Assembly (NCBI GenBank): GCA_012295275.1 | Contig: CM022677.1 | Coordinates: forward strand, 7,068,001-7,132,000 | From: Chrysomallon squamiferum | Lineage: Eukaryota > Animalia > Mollusca | DNA length: 64,000 nt | Reading direction: 5' to 3' | In this document: positions 18,545-32,763 of the stretch, piece after piece | Position numbering within the stretch: the first letter of the stretch is position 1 | Layout of the letters: every line of letters starts with the position of its first letter | Translations under genes and position numbers: made by a program | Notes under the pieces: generated by a model | The model's database searches: none | Told to the model about the DNA's origin: nothing | Seen by the model: only the letters and a program-made list of their open reading frames with translations

Positions 18545-18790
18545 AATAACATTTATATATAATTAATCAAACAGTAATTGGGAGTAGTAGGTAAACCAAA
18601 TAACATTTATATACAATTAATCAAACACTAATTGGGAGTAGTAGGTAAACCAAATAACATTTATATATAATTAATCAAACACTAATTGGGAGTAGTAGGT
18701 AAACCAAATAACATTTATATATAATTAATCAAACACTAATTGGGAGTAGTAGGTAAACCAAATGACATTTATATATAATTAATCAAACAT
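18545..18790. repeat. 54-bp minisatellite, ~4.5 copies
   Basis: 'gggagtagtaggtaaaccaaat' at 18580, 18634, 18688 and 18742; single copy in duplicate 1 (~7541-7590). Confidence 0.9.
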
Positions 18791-19265
18791 TGATGATTTA
18801 AATGGAATACTCCACTCTGTTGAAGTAATCTATAGCCTTGAATCAGACATCAGTATCCATGCTATTCCACTGTTTGATCAAATAACTGGATCCTGGAATA
18901 TTCGAGCAGTAGTAGTGGTAGTAGTAGCACCTGATTATATGTGAGAAGGAAATATATTGATCTTTACATTAAAAAGAAAGGTAAGTTTTAGAAGTTGATA
19001 TTAAACCTGGATATAAAAGTTGATAAATATGTTAAGTATTGTAATGAGAAATGTTATTTCATGTTAATCATTTCTTATTTATTAATCTCTCTCGCTCCTC
19101 TCTCTTTCTCATTCACACACACACACTACATTTTTTGTTAACTTTATTTACTTGTTCTTTTATTTCTAAATACATACATAGACTGTATTCAAAACAAATT
19201 ACATTCATATGTGGGTGTGTGTATTTGTTATAGTACTTTTTAAAACTATTTATCCAATAATTATA

Positions 19266-19300
<35 letters not shown>

Positions 19301-19486
19301 AACTAAAATTTTCATACACAGAATACAGAACATACATATACTTTGTTTATTACCTGAAGCCAGGTACTTCTCCATCTTTATTGGCCCCAGTGATAGTGTT
19401 CCATTCATCAACTGACAGAATACACTCCTTAGAGTCTAGAAATCTGGTATACTTTCATCACTTTCTGTTCTCTTCTCTATTATTAT

Positions 19487-19547
<61 letters not shown>

Positions 19548-21820
19548 AAAGATGGACATACTGAATTATCAAGAGGGAAAGACAACAAGATATAAATATT
19601 CATAAATAAAGAGAATGTGAAGTTTATTATTACAGATATATAGAAAGACAGACAGGTAGACAGATAGCCGTGAACTATTATTACTACATACTATATAATC
19701 GCTCACATAACCTTTTACATGGCTGCAATGTCAGAAGTTGACTGTTTCCTTTATCTGTGAGAATGGCTGGACTGTGCTTCATATTACCCAGCATTCCTAG
19801 AGGAAGATAAATAAATAAATAAATTTCAATAAGTATGAACCATATAAATGTTAAAACAAAAAAATAACAATAACTGTTTACCAGGATGTCCTCCAAGTGC
19901 TGTCAGTTTAATTAGGAAGCTGACGAGACAATTACAAGATGATTCAATTTTCTCCCCTGACTTCTTGACAGTGAGACCTTAAAATTAATACATTTATATA
20001 AATAATTTAAAAAGAAAACAATGCAACAACAATAATAAAACCTTTTATTTAGTATTCCTTCTTCTTTCTTATTTTTACCATTGGATTAACTTAGATTAGA
20101 GTTAGGGTTAGGATTAGGGCTAGGACTAGTGTTAGGGTTAGGTTCAGGCTAGTTATTTATTTATTTACTTACTTATTTGTTATTATTATTGTTTCTTTTT
20201 TTTATTTTTTTTTTTTTATTGTTCTTTTTTTTAAATAAATTTATTTATTACCACTTGCAGCAATCAACTTTGTGGAAAGTTCTTCCATTTCATTTTCTTT
20301 TAAGTTTTTCTTCTGGTTGTTACGATACAACACTGTCAATGGTGATGACAGCAACTGATATCAGTAACAACAGTCCCTCCTTCCCTGAATGATAATAAAA
20401 AATATTTTAAAAACTTTAATTTCAAATTTAAAATGTGAGGAAGCAGGAACTACAGCTACTGCACTCTATTAAAACTACATCGCTATTATTATTATTACTA
20501 CTACTACTGCTACTATTACTAAACTAGTTATTATTACTACTGCTGCTACTGCTACCTTCTATAACTACAGCTACACATTAGCTTTTATTATCACTATCCT
20601 ACAATGTTAGCTATTATTATTATTATTATTATTATTACTACTCTTTCTAGATGTTTTGATACAGTAGTAGCTGTTATTATTACTACTGCTGATGCTGTTG
20701 CTACTATTACTACACCATAGCTTCTACTGTCACCACCACGTTACACGTTGCTGCTGATGTTTTTGGTGCTAATTACTTCTCTGTTACAAATAATAAAGAA
20801 CAGAAAACTATTGTATTTACAAGATGCTATTCAGATCTGTTATTTTTCCTCCTCTGTAGGTATAGTAATACAATTAAACATAATAAATCTCAAACAATAT
20901 GCAAGCTTCTATTTTAATATTTTGAATTAAAAACTAATTTTTTTCTGAAAAATACAAAAATAATTTATTACCTAATGAGTTTCCACTCAAGCTCTTTAAC
21001 TCAGAGTTATGTCCCTTGATAGTATAAACAAGACTAAGGGCACCGTCAGTTTCAATCTTAAATTTAAATAAAACAGGCCTGAGTATTTTGTACAAAGCAT
21101 TTAAATATATAAACTGATAACCAAATATTTCTTAACACACACACACACACACACACACTTATTATCAGAGTAGCAAGTATCAGTATTGCTGTTACACTCA
21201 CACTCACACACATACTATTATCAAAATAGCAGTTATCTCTATTTTGATACACACTATTATCAGCAATTATCACACACACAGTAACACCCATCCACCCACC
21301 CACACTATTATCAGGGTAGCAATTATCCCTATTGCTGATACACACACACACATGCATATAGAGTTTAATATTCTTAGCATATGGTTTAATGAAATTATCT
21401 ATGCTTAAAGATAAGAATAATTTTTCAAATATTAGAACAATTTATAAAATTTAAACAAAAATTACCTGAATAAGTTGACTAAATCATCAAAGATACATAC
21501 AGAAAAATCAGGACAAGTTCCAATGTCCACATCTTTCAAAGAAAGGAGTTTTCCATGGAAACTCAAACAGCTGGTTGGTTAAACATCTGCAGTTCAGACT
21601 TGATTCCTGTAGAGAACTTGTGACTGATTTGGATTCTGGAATATCTGAAATAAGTGAAAAACAGTATTAACAAACCTATTATCTATCTGGAGAAAAAGAA
21701 ACTAAAAGTAGAAAAAATATAATAATGACAAATTTGTCAAACCTAGATAGTTACAGAATGAAATACATGTGTCTGTATGTGTGAGTACACGATTTAGTGA
21801 TCCCAGCTTGTAATAAAAAC

Positions 21821-21854
<34 letters not shown>

Positions 21855-22082
21855 TAAATACAAAGTGTAGAATCTACATAAGCAGAAAAGTATTTAATGT
21901 CAGTGATTAAAATAAGCATAGTGTGTACAAAAATAATATTGAGCTAATTAATTTTGATTGGCTGATCTCTCTCTGAAGATTGGTTGGTTAGTCATTCTGT
22001 GGTTTCATTGGTTAATTTCTATCTGTAAGTCTGATTGGTTAATCAGGCTGAGTTCTGATTGACTAGTTAGTGACACACCCAC

Positions 22083-22210
22083 CTGATTGCTGCTGATATT
22101 AAGTTCAGTGAGAGAAGAATTTTCTGTGACTGCAGTACACAAATCTTTACACCAACATTACTCATATTACACTGACTGACACATACAGACAATAACACAC
22201 ATCCTGGCTT
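22083..22210 (-). pseudogene. Ribonuclease-inhibitor/NLRC3-type LRR exon with a 1-nt frameshift
   Basis: attggcag|...|gtgggt boundaries, 128 nt. Adding one T to a T-run gives KPGCVLLSVCVSQCNMSNVGVKILCTAVTENSSLTELNISSNQ, which matches the RI-like LRR pattern (NxSLxxLxLSxN). Confidence 0.8.
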
Positions 22211-22467
22211 CTGCCAATAAAATTAAATAATGAAATTAATATTAAAATTTTATATACATACATAGAGAAAGATAAATGCTGACAGACTATACAGGCATAT
22301 AACCCATGTAAGAACACACATACCCACACAACACAGAGATAGATGTATTCTGTTAATACAAATCTTGTTGATCAGTTGTTATAACAACTAATGTAATTGT
22401 TTATCATCAACTTCTACTACCACATTTCACCAATATTTACTATTACACTTTTCAGCAGCCAGTCCTT

Positions 22468-22654
22468 TAGTGAGAGCAGTTTTATCAGATAATCCATTAC
22501 TAGACAGCTCTAGTTCTGTGAGTCCAGTGTTTAGTGAGAGCAGTTTTATCAGATAATCCATTACTAGACAGCTCTAGTTCTGTGAGTCCAGTGTTTAGTG
22601 AGAGCAGTTTTATCAGATAATCCATTACTAGACAGATCTAGTTCTGTGAGTCCA
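22468..22654. repeat. 64-bp minisatellite, 3 copies (paralog of 10878-11384)
   Basis: Motif at 22477, 22541 and 22605. Confidence 0.95.
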
Positions 22655-22949
22655 TGTTTTCTACTAGAGTCCGTATAGAAGTTTCATGTCAGTGGAGCCT
22701 ACACATAGCTCTGAATATAAGTAAATGAATAAATAAATAAATAAATAAATGTAATTTCACAGTAGATATCAGTAGCTCTGAAAGTATAGAGAAATCCACA
22801 TTTATATTAATAAAACCAGTATAAATAATTAAATAAATAAATAAGTAAATAAGTTAATAAATTTAAAAAGTATATAATGAAAAATTTAGATCCTTGAGTA
22901 TGTGCTAATGTTTCTTAGAGGAGAAAGAGAAAGACAGTAAGAGAGAGAG

Positions 22950-22975
22950 AGAGCAATAAAGAGAAAGAGTATCAG

Positions 22976-23035
<60 letters not shown>

Positions 23036-23112
23036 GAGAGAGCTAGAGAGAGCAATAAAGAGAAAGAATATCGGTCAGAGAGAGAGAGAGAGCAATAAAG
23101 AGAAAGAATATC

Positions 23113-23163
<51 letters not shown>

Positions 23164-23535
23164 AGAGAGCAAGAGAGAGCAATAAAGTGAAAGGAAATAT
23201 CAGAGAGAGAGAGAGAGAGCGAGAGAGAGCAATAAAGAGAAAGAATATCAGTCAGAGAGAGAGAGAGAGAGAGAAAAAGAGAGAGAGAGAGAGAGATATA
23301 AAAGAAAAAGAATATCAGTCAGAGAGAGAGAGAGAGAGAAAAGAGAGAGAGAGAGAGAGAGCAATACAGAGAAAGAATATCAGTCAGAGAGAGAGAGAGA
23401 GAGAGAAAAGAGAGAGCGAGAGAGAGCAATAAAGAGAAAGAATATCAGTCAGAGAGAGAGAGAGAGAGAGAGGAAAAGAGAGAGTGAGAGAGAGCAATAC
23501 AGAGAAAGAATATCAGTCAGAGAGAGAGAGAGAGA
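22950..23535. repeat. Compound VNTR: gcaataaagagaaagaatatcagtc plus variable (AG)n, about 9 units
   Basis: The anchor motif recurs between (AG)n runs of differing length; single unit in copy 1 (~11680-11765). Confidence 0.85.
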
Positions 23536-23981
23536 GGTAAAATAGTGGCAGATAAAGAAAAGTTGTAGTAGTAGTAGTTGTAGTTGTAGTAGTAACAGCA
23601 GCAGCAATTTGTTTGTAGTTGTAGTATTAGTGCTAATAGTACCAGGAGTAGTAATAGTTGTAGTATTAGTGGTAATCGTACTAGTAGCAGTAATAGTGGT
23701 AATAATTGTAGTAACAGTACTAGTTGTAGTACTAGTGGTAATAGTTTGTAGTATTAGTATAGCAGTACTAGTTGTGGTAACTGTGGTAATAGTTTGTAGT
23801 ATTAGTAAAGCAACAGTAGTAGTAGTAATAGTTTGTAGTATTAGTAATAACCGTACTAGTAGTAGTAATAGTGGGAATCGCAGCAGTAACAGTGATAGTG
23901 ATAACTATGGTAAAAATTAGCTTAGGTTGTATATTACAAGTAGATACAATACATAGAGGTAGTAAATAACTGCAGTCCCCA

Positions 23982-24023
<42 letters not shown>

Positions 24024-24270
24024 ATGTAATAATAGTAGTAAAAATAATAGCATTAACATAGAGGTAAATATTGATTACAGTGTTAGTGTTGAAAGTCACT
24101 ATTTTTCTCAGTAGTAGAATAATAGTAGTAACAGTGGTAGTATTATTATTGCTATTATTACTACTATTATTATTATTATTATTATTATTGTTGTTATTGT
24201 TGTTATTATTATTGTTATTATTATTATTATTATAAAACATGTTATATTAGTTATAATTAAGATTACTCAC

Positions 24271-24380
24271 AGCACTCTCAGTGTCTGTTTTGTTGGTGGT
24301 GAGGCTAAGGAAGATCACTGTTGTGTTAGAACACATTGCCAAACACACAGCTCGAAAAGCCTCAGGTCCAGAACTGTTTC
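24271..24380 (-). pseudogene. RI-type LRR exon, open in copy 2
   Basis: ttatcag|GNSSGPEAFRAVCLAMCSNTTVIFLSLTTNKTDTESA|gtgagt. The CGA at 24354-24352 is TGA in copy 1 (12791-12789). Confidence 0.75.
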
Positions 24381-25917
24381 CTGATAAATTCAAAACCTAG
24401 TTAAAAAAAATTAATGAAAATACAGCACACTAAATTATTTAGTAAGTTGTAATTTTACATAAAATAATGAAAAGGTTGATAATAATTAATGTGAATATTA
24501 TGTAGTTCAGTATGATTATATTTTAAATAAATTATAAATAATAAGAAAATAAATAAATGATAGATAGATAGATACATATATCAAATAGATAGACAGAAGA
24601 TAGGCAGAAAGATTTATAAATAAATAAAAATAAATAAACTAAAAATAATCAACTGTCTACTAAAACCTGTTTTAAGAGCATTTTTATAAATTAAAACTAT
24701 AAACAATTTAAAATTACTTAAATTACTGATTCTAAAGCTATTTATGTTCAGAATTATCAAAAGAAACTTACAGAAAGATTATATATAATCTTTTCTTTCT
24801 TTGTTATACTTCAAAAAATATTACAACTTTGAAAATGATTTTTAAAAAACCTAAAGAAAAGAAAGGAAGAAAAAAGAAAGAAAACTAAAAAATGATAATT
24901 AGGAACAAATAAGAAATGATACATAAAGATAGAGACAGAAAAACAGATAAGTATATAGTAAGTAGAGACATAGTAAGAAAGATAAACATATTTATCTGAA
25001 CATTTTCAAGGAAAGAAATACAGACAAACAGAAAAGCAGAGATAGAAATAAAATAAATAAATAGGGAGGCAGACAGAGAAACAGACAGATAGACTAAGAC
25101 ATATTTACAGACATAATTACCTGAATATTTTTTAAAGGTTTTAAAATGTGACTAAGTGACTAAGTGGTAAAGCTTGTGTCAGTTTATGTCTTGGTCTGGC
25201 TGCTTTCAACACAAACTCACAAAAAGATTAGTCAGTTGAATCACATGATCAAACTTTTTCTGTTCCCTTTCTTTCTTAGACATTTGTTTTTAGCAAAATG
25301 CCTCTGGCAATGGGTGTTGGTGTTTTTAGTTTGAGTTTTTAGTGGCTGGTGTGGTGATGTCAGTTTGTCTCAGGTCTAATGGTGGTACTGCTGTTGTTGG
25401 TGCTGACTGCTGTTTCCTTTTCAGTGATGTAAAACCCATGTCAGTTCTGTGGAAAAAAACAAACAACAAATAGAAAGAAAACAAATTATATTTATTAACA
25501 GATGGTAGACCTTGAAATTAAGAGAGAAAAGTGTCTGTCAATATAAATACAAATATTCATCCAAATCATAAGTAACTATTTAAAAGACACTAATAGTAAC
25601 TAACAAGATATCAGAATAATACTGGTTGTGAAAAAAAATCACTAATAATAATTTTCAGAAAACAAAATATATTGACAATACAAGTTTACAACTTCATTAT
25701 TGTTTGGGTTTGTTCAGCAAACACTAGAAATACGACATCATCAATGGAAACAAGTTTTGAATAAGGAAGACAGAATATCTACACTAGTAACAGAAATATT
25801 AATTCTCTGAGATATTACTAGGCAACAGGTTGTATTAAAACACTGAAAAAAAAGAAACATGAAGAAGAAATATAATAATAAAAAGAATTGTAACAAGCTT
25901 GTAAAAAAAAAAAATAC

Positions 25918-25954
<37 letters not shown>

Positions 25955-26371
25955 AAAAAAATAATCTGAATTATTAGAATGTAGAAAAATAACTAGAAAG
26001 ATGGGAGATGCAGTTAAGAGATTGATAATATTAATACTATAAATAAAAAAAAATAAATAATTATTATAGTTAAAATTATAATAATATAAATACATATACA
26101 TACATACATTTATTAATAAGAAAAAAATTCTAATTCTTTAAATAAAATGAGCAGAAGAACAAAATTTACAAAAAAAAAAAAAAAATTAAAATGATAAAAG
26201 ACAGAGACTGAAGAAGTAAAAAAAATAGTATATTTTAAGTGATGTCAGGAAAAAGTAAGTAAATAACAAATAATAGTAACATAAAAGAATATGCAGAAAC
26301 TAGGAAATGAAGAATAAGAAGTAAAAAGAATGAAGAAGAAAAATAACAAGAATACATATGGTCAGTAGATT

Positions 26372-26414
<43 letters not shown>

Positions 26415-26848
26415 AAATAAATTAAAAAAAAATTAAAATAAAAAAATCAAAGAATTTAAAATATGAAAAAAAAAAATGAATGAAGAATAAAATAACTATG
26501 ACCAGAAACTGGGAAACTGAAAAATAGTAAAGAATAAACTATATATTACAAAAAAAATAGTTGCTTATCATTAAAAAAATCTTGCTAATTTAAAATAATT
26601 GAAAATAAATACAGACAAGAAGAACAGACAAGAAGAAAAAGAAGATTTTGAAGAAATAACAATGTAGAAAAATAACAAGAAACAATAATCATGGTAAACA
26701 GGTAAAAAAAAAATAAACAATAAAATAACTTTAAAGAAAACACAAAAAAAAAAACAAAACAAATAAAAACAGTATGAAGAAATATGAATAAACACAGGAA
26801 TAAGAAGACACTAAAAGCATAAAAGACAAGAAGACAGAAGAATTACAT

Positions 26849-26891
<43 letters not shown>

Positions 26892-27108
26892 AGTTATATA
26901 TTTAAAATACATAAAACAAATAAATTAAATAAATTATAGAAAAAGATAGAAAAATAACAAATGTCATAAAATAAAATATTACTGAAATAGTAACAAAATG
27001 AAGAAACAATACAAATTTGAGAAACCAAATGAAAAGAATTTTAGAATAAAAAAGAAAGATATATTAAATGTTGATTATTATTATGATTGTTATTGGTAGT
27101 AGTAGTAA

Positions 27109-27152
<44 letters not shown>

Positions 27153-27439
27153 TCAATACCAAATTTCAATAATAATAATAATAATAATTATTAGAAATTA
27201 TTAGAAAAAAAAAATGTTACTGAAAATTTCAGTGAAATATAGATGAGTTAATCTGCATTCTTCTTTAAGTTTGATAACAACAACTCTGTTAAACAGGCAG
27301 ATGACAGTCAATTTAAGAAACAACAACAATGTAAACAAATATAATTTTAGAAGGTCAGTAGTCAAATATAAAATAATTTTAATTAGCATGGACCAACAGG
27401 AGCGATAATAATATCTGAAAGAAAACACAAATATATAGT

Positions 27440-27670
27440 ACGAAACGGGTACGAGATGGTATGACGTCAAAGTCCCAAAAGAAAAGAAAAAAGCAATTTC
27501 TACTCAATAACAGACATCTACTACGAGCCATATTTCTCCAAATTCCTTTGAATAGAATTGATTGCATTATGAAGGAGTAGGTGTTTAAAAGTTTGTAAAT
27601 ACTGATCGGCGTTCAACGCTGCAATCTTGGATTTTGATCGGTGGTTTCCGTGAGCTCACGGAAGTTTTTA
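27440..27670. promoter_or_regulatory. Candidate promoter patch 5' of the minus-strand LRR gene
   Basis: Locally CpG-richer, with a full CRE TGACGTCA at 27461-27468 and a perfect 18-bp palindrome ttccgtgagctcacggaa at 27646-27663. Function is inference. Confidence 0.3.
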
Positions 27671-28699
27671 CATTTCCAAATTCAATTATTTTACGTCTGT
27701 TTTCTAAACGTTTTATGATTTACACTGATACTGGTAAGGATGGATGTTCATATTACCAAACCATGATGTCACGCGCCTTTCGTAACTACTTTTTCAACTT
27801 AAACATAAAATATATAAACTTAGATACTGTACCATGGTATAGAAGTTGGCTTCTACCTTTTATTTTCCATCCAAAGACAATTATTTCTGGTTTTTCTTAT
27901 TATTTTTCAAGTTACAAACTTGTGTAGCTATCTCATATCTTAGCTGGATTGTCGTGTTATTATGTAGAGTTACTTCCCCTAGACCCTCAATCAAAGAATT
28001 TCAGGATTTCGACGTCACATTATTTTGCAGAATATCTTACAAGCCAAACGATTAAAAGTGTGCTTCCAGTCTTTTATTTGTTCATTTTTATTTGTTGAAA
28101 TTAATGTTGAAAGGCCTATATGGCCGCTAATACTAGTTAGACAGTTAGAATATATTATTAATATGTCTATTAATGTCGCCGTCGGTACCAACGTATAGGC
28201 GTTGTTTTCAACGTTCGAAGTGAATAATTGTATATAATTATTCACATCGAACACAAAAGAAAAACGTTTAAGGATATTCATTATTTAGCAACAATGTAAA
28301 ATATTTGTTTATTTTATGATTATGATTATTATTGTTGTTGTTGTTGTTATTATTATTATTATTTGTCAAACATTTTAATTTTTATAGCTCAAAACGATTA
28401 TTTCAGTTTTGTACCCTTGATAAGTCCGTACTATGCAAACATTTTATTTATGAGATATTTATGGAATTAGCTCTAATCTATATATATATATATATATATA
28501 CTGAAATACATAATTAGTTTTATGAAACAATAAATGCGCGGGCTCTTGCTTATTCTCTTCGGTGGCTGAGTAGACTTTTCACGTTCCACTCGCTGACCTT
28601 CGGATGGTATCAGATACGATGGAGTGCACCTGCGTGTTTGTGATATAAAAGGTCACTTAATTCTCACAATTTTTATTTTTATTTTTATTAACTATTATT

Positions 28700-28940
28700 C
28701 ATACTTCTCATTATTCTTTAGCGCTTTTTACTAATTACATCTCATACTTTCTCAGCGGGCGGAACACCTATTAAAATATATTATTGTAATTTCTATTAAT
28801 GTCGCCGCCTTTTGCCTTTTATTAAGTATTGCAATCAGTGTCCACATCCCACGTCAAGAAATATCATTACTCTTTCTATTAATGAGGCCGTCATTGCCGT
28901 CGTTCCAGCATTGTTCTTAACGTCTTGGTGTACACTTCAC
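28700..28940 (+). repeat. Interspersed repeat with internal subrepeats (ctattaatgtcgcc); inverted copy at 42840-42947
   Basis: 28748-28806 matches the reverse complement of 42891-42947; subrepeat also at ~28167 and ~28876. Confidence 0.7.
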
Positions 28941-31443
28941 TAAAAACTAATCCTGATTTTGTTAGTAACAGAGAATTGGGATCTGGAACGTCTCTTTATT
29001 TCTGAATTTCTCAACTATCCTTCTTGAATGAGATGATATTCAGTTAGTTATACGACAAATTATACTGAAAATTACTTTTAACATTCAGAAATATAATGTT
29101 TTTATAAATTAATACTAGCTTTGTATGTGACGTCAAAAATATATCGAGAAATAAAGAGGGCGCATCTAGTGTGACATTTTATAAACACCAGAAAATGTTT
29201 CACTGAAAAACACACAGCAGAACTTTGTGCAACTAACTTTAGATACCGCTTTGAAGTGTCCGTTTTATTAACGTAACGTTATATTTTACTTTGCTAATTC
29301 TAAATCGTATAATAGAAAGGTGTAAATTTACTGTACGTGGAACTTAAACATTATATATAACACAGAAACTACTGATAATCACAGTTAATCTATTAGACAT
29401 TACTAACATTAGTTATAAATGATACTTCTTCATGGCGATATGAAAAGAAAAAGATGAGAATAAATTATGAGCAGTGATATTTACAGTTTGTACGTTAAGT
29501 GATTTGACAAATGTTAATCTCATATTTTATTAGTATGTTTATATAAGGTTATATTTAAAAATATCAGAGTTAATTCCCTGGAATCACGATAGTGTGTACT
29601 AATTAGCTGAGAAATTTTTTAATTTTATTATGCGAAATTTAATTTTTTCATTATATTCATTAAAAGGTGTACATTAGCGCAAGTTGTAGAGTGTAATATA
29701 CTTTACATTTCTTATTATACCTGAAGTTCTCTTACTACATTAGATATTAATATAACCGCTCCACCAGTAATACTTCTATATAACAATGAAGCAGACAGTT
29801 GTCAAATACCTCTCTTTGTCAATAGCTAAATAACAACAGCAACAACAGTAGTAACACCTTAATATTTTTATTTTTTATTTTATTTTTATTTTTCTGTAAA
29901 AACGGAAGCTTCCTGTATATTTTTTACACTATTCTCTTAGTGTCATTAGAACTGTTGTGAGTGCGGATATAAAAATTACTTCGAATTTTGTAATAGGCCT
30001 CGTAAAGTTATCAGAGAAATCAGATTTATTCTTAGTGTATTTTTCTGTCGAGATAAAAACTAAATACATCTTTTTTAAAACCACAGTTATCTAACGAATA
30101 TCAATGATAATGTTACCTATCGATACCAAAAATAAGAACCTAGTTTTATAACGTCTGTATTATTTATGTAGCATTTTAAAATTATATTAATTAGAGATTA
30201 TCGGTTATATTCACTGAATAAATATGGAATTTCATTCTAGATTATTAACTTACTTTTCTCAGTGTTTAAAAAAAAATAATGATATATTCTTAATTACAAA
30301 ATTTGATAAATACCAGCTGAATTTTAGATTAATCATGTAAGTTCATGTACGCAAACTAAAAAGGTTAATTCAGGTCTTTTGTTTTATGATTTACAGTCAG
30401 CAATCAAGTGGGTTAAGAGAATTTACATTATCCTCACTTGAAGAAATCACAGTTGTTTTCATACGAGTGTTTACAATAATCATGTTCTATGAAAAACGAT
30501 ATAATTTCAGAGACAGAGAAATGTGCGCTTGTTTAACCAACACATGTTTTTGAGGGACTACCGAGTTAGAGATGTTTACTGTATTCGTAACAGTTCATTC
30601 AAGTTTATCTTAAAACTGCATTAATAATGAAAAAACAAGGCAAGAATAGAAACGGAAAAAATTATATTTATTTTAAAAATATATCAGAAATAGTAATAAA
30701 AGTAAATAATAATAATAGCAATAACAGTAATTAAAAACAGTAAGAATAATATAAAAACAACAACATAACAATAACAGTAACAATAACAATAACAATAATA
30801 ATGATCACAGGAAAAAGAAACTGATGTCAAAAACAAACACAAAAATGGTGTGAGGAAGATGGTCAAAGACGTAAATAACATGTATAAGTGACACAGAAAC
30901 ACGAGGACAAAAAGAAAAAGTACAAAAAACAACCAATACAAAATTACTACTGTGTCTGTTTAACTCGACTTCTAACATTCTAAAACTATTCTGAGAAAAT
31001 ACCTAAAATGCGCTTAAACTATATTTATACAAAATATGTATTGTTTCCAAAGATAATAACACCAAAATATAAGAAAAAAAATAAAAATAAATAAAATAGA
31101 CAAATAAAAGATACAGCCTCTCTTCTGCATCAGCTATCAGATTCACATACTGCTCTGTCTCAATAAAAGGACCGCAAGTAAATGGAAGGGTAGATCACTG
31201 AATCAACATTCTCATTTATGGTTTACAAAACTGATTATCATTATCGGGGAGATATTTAGGAGAATGTAATGCTGGGTTACGGCTATGTCGTCTGGAAGAT
31301 TATCAGGCACTATATATTTTGAATCCAATAGCTGTGGACATTTTTATGAGAAGCAATTAGTCACATCTTCTGACTGAAATATTTAAAAAGTATTAAAATA
31401 ACAATTTATTTTACAAACAGATTTCTTATAAGAGATAATTATG

Positions 31444-31540
31444 CAGGGCTCGAAATGGCCAGTCACCAGGTCACCAAATGCGACCAAAGTTCCGTTTAGG
31501 CGACTGGGAAGTTAGAAACATTATGGTTAGTCGCCCCCAA
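31444..31540 (+). mobile_element. Probable single end of a hAT-like DNA transposon
   Basis: Abrupt GC-rich start CAGGGCTCGAAAT... with repeated subterminal gcgac/gtcgc motifs, typical of CAG-starting hAT ends. No matching tttcgagccctg end seen in the window. Confidence 0.4.
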
Positions 31541-32177
31541 AAATATTATTTTTTCTGTAGGTTATAAAACAAGATAATAATTTTATAATAATTTTATCGC
31601 AAATATTTATTTCACATAAAACGAGTGCCCATAGTTCCATAAGTTGGAAGTATCGGCTTACATTATTTGCCAACATCTATTTTTAAACCCTACCTTAAAG
31701 GATTATCGGTTGGTTAACGGAACACGATATCATAGGAAAACACTGTAACTCATTGTTTGCTATTGTTTTTCCTTTTCAATTCCACCTTTAATTGGCTAAA
31801 GTGAAGCCAACGAACAAATTTAGCGAACTTTTAGAGCGTTACGTCAATAATTATCGGTTGGTTAACGGAACCAGTTATCATCGAAGATAACTCTATTTCC
31901 TATTGTTTTTCGTTTTCAATTCCGGTAGGATTACTTACCCGGAACAAAAAATAAAAATAAAAATAAAAATAAAAATAGAAAATAAAATAAATAAAGACAT
32001 AAAGAAAAAATACTAAAACGAAAAGTTGAACGCCTGCATATTTTATAGAGGAAAGTCATTGATTTTCTTATTTTTGTCAAACACTAAACTTTACTCACTG
32101 TCATTTCATGTTGCTTTCCTTTAATTTTTCTTTTGAAAAATCCAAGCCTATAATACTGTAAATTATTATTATTATTA

Positions 32178-32217
<40 letters not shown>

Positions 32218-32610
32218 ATTCTATTTTTGTCAAGGTTTGTTTGAAAATGTCTTACCTGCTGATTTGTATAACTAGGACTAAATTTTTGTGGATATTTTAA
32301 TTAATAAAGAATTTTCTTAGTTCATTTTAGATGTTGACAAAGTAAGGTAAGCCGATATTATAAAATTATTAATAGTGGCTCTTGTGTTATAACTTATAGA
32401 AAAAGTAAGTTTTTCTAGAGTAATATTATTTATTCATGTTTGAGACTGTTATAGAATTAAATTTGGAAATCAGAAAATTTTAAGTGTTAAATCAATTGTA
32501 AAAAATTTACCTGGATAAACAAGGCTCATTAAAATGATTTCTATAAAAAGAGAAATTTTTATCATCTGAATTAGGACAGTTATTTCAAATAATGTATAAG
32601 TATTATAAGA

Positions 32611-32763
32611 ATTCAGATTTTTTGTTTGTTTTGCTGCTGAAAAATAATTAATTCAAAGCATTCCAATGAAGAAAGTAGAGAGAACTTGTATGGGTTTTTT
32701 CATTAGTATTTTTCCTATTTAAGCAGCAATTAATTTGTAATTTCTCCATCATTTTTATAGAGT
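32611..32763 (+). repeat. ~150-bp direct repeat, second copy at 34350-34502
   Basis: tcagattttttgtttgttttgctgctgaaaaat...catttttatagagta is nearly identical at both sites. Confidence 0.9.

Larger units (their letters stand above)
17080..25780 (-). pseudogene. Decayed multi-exon leucine-rich-repeat gene, copy 2 (may extend 5' to ~27415)
   Basis: Same exon chain as copy 1, plus exon 22210-22083 and an exon at ~19477-19354 (internal TAG in the likely frame) that are deleted in copy 1. Confidence 0.75.
14221..26047. repeat. Tandem segmental duplication, copy 2 (~11.8 kb)
   Basis: Starts identically to 2848; 25780-26047 matches 13960-14220. Copy-specific indels include loss of ~4027-4276 and ~6210-6455, and extra blocks at ~19293-19557 and ~21930-22180. 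Confidence 0.95.

Noticed and set aside
22950-23535. Constant anchor with variable spacers (CRISPR-like)
   Set aside because: The spacers are only (AG)n of varying length.
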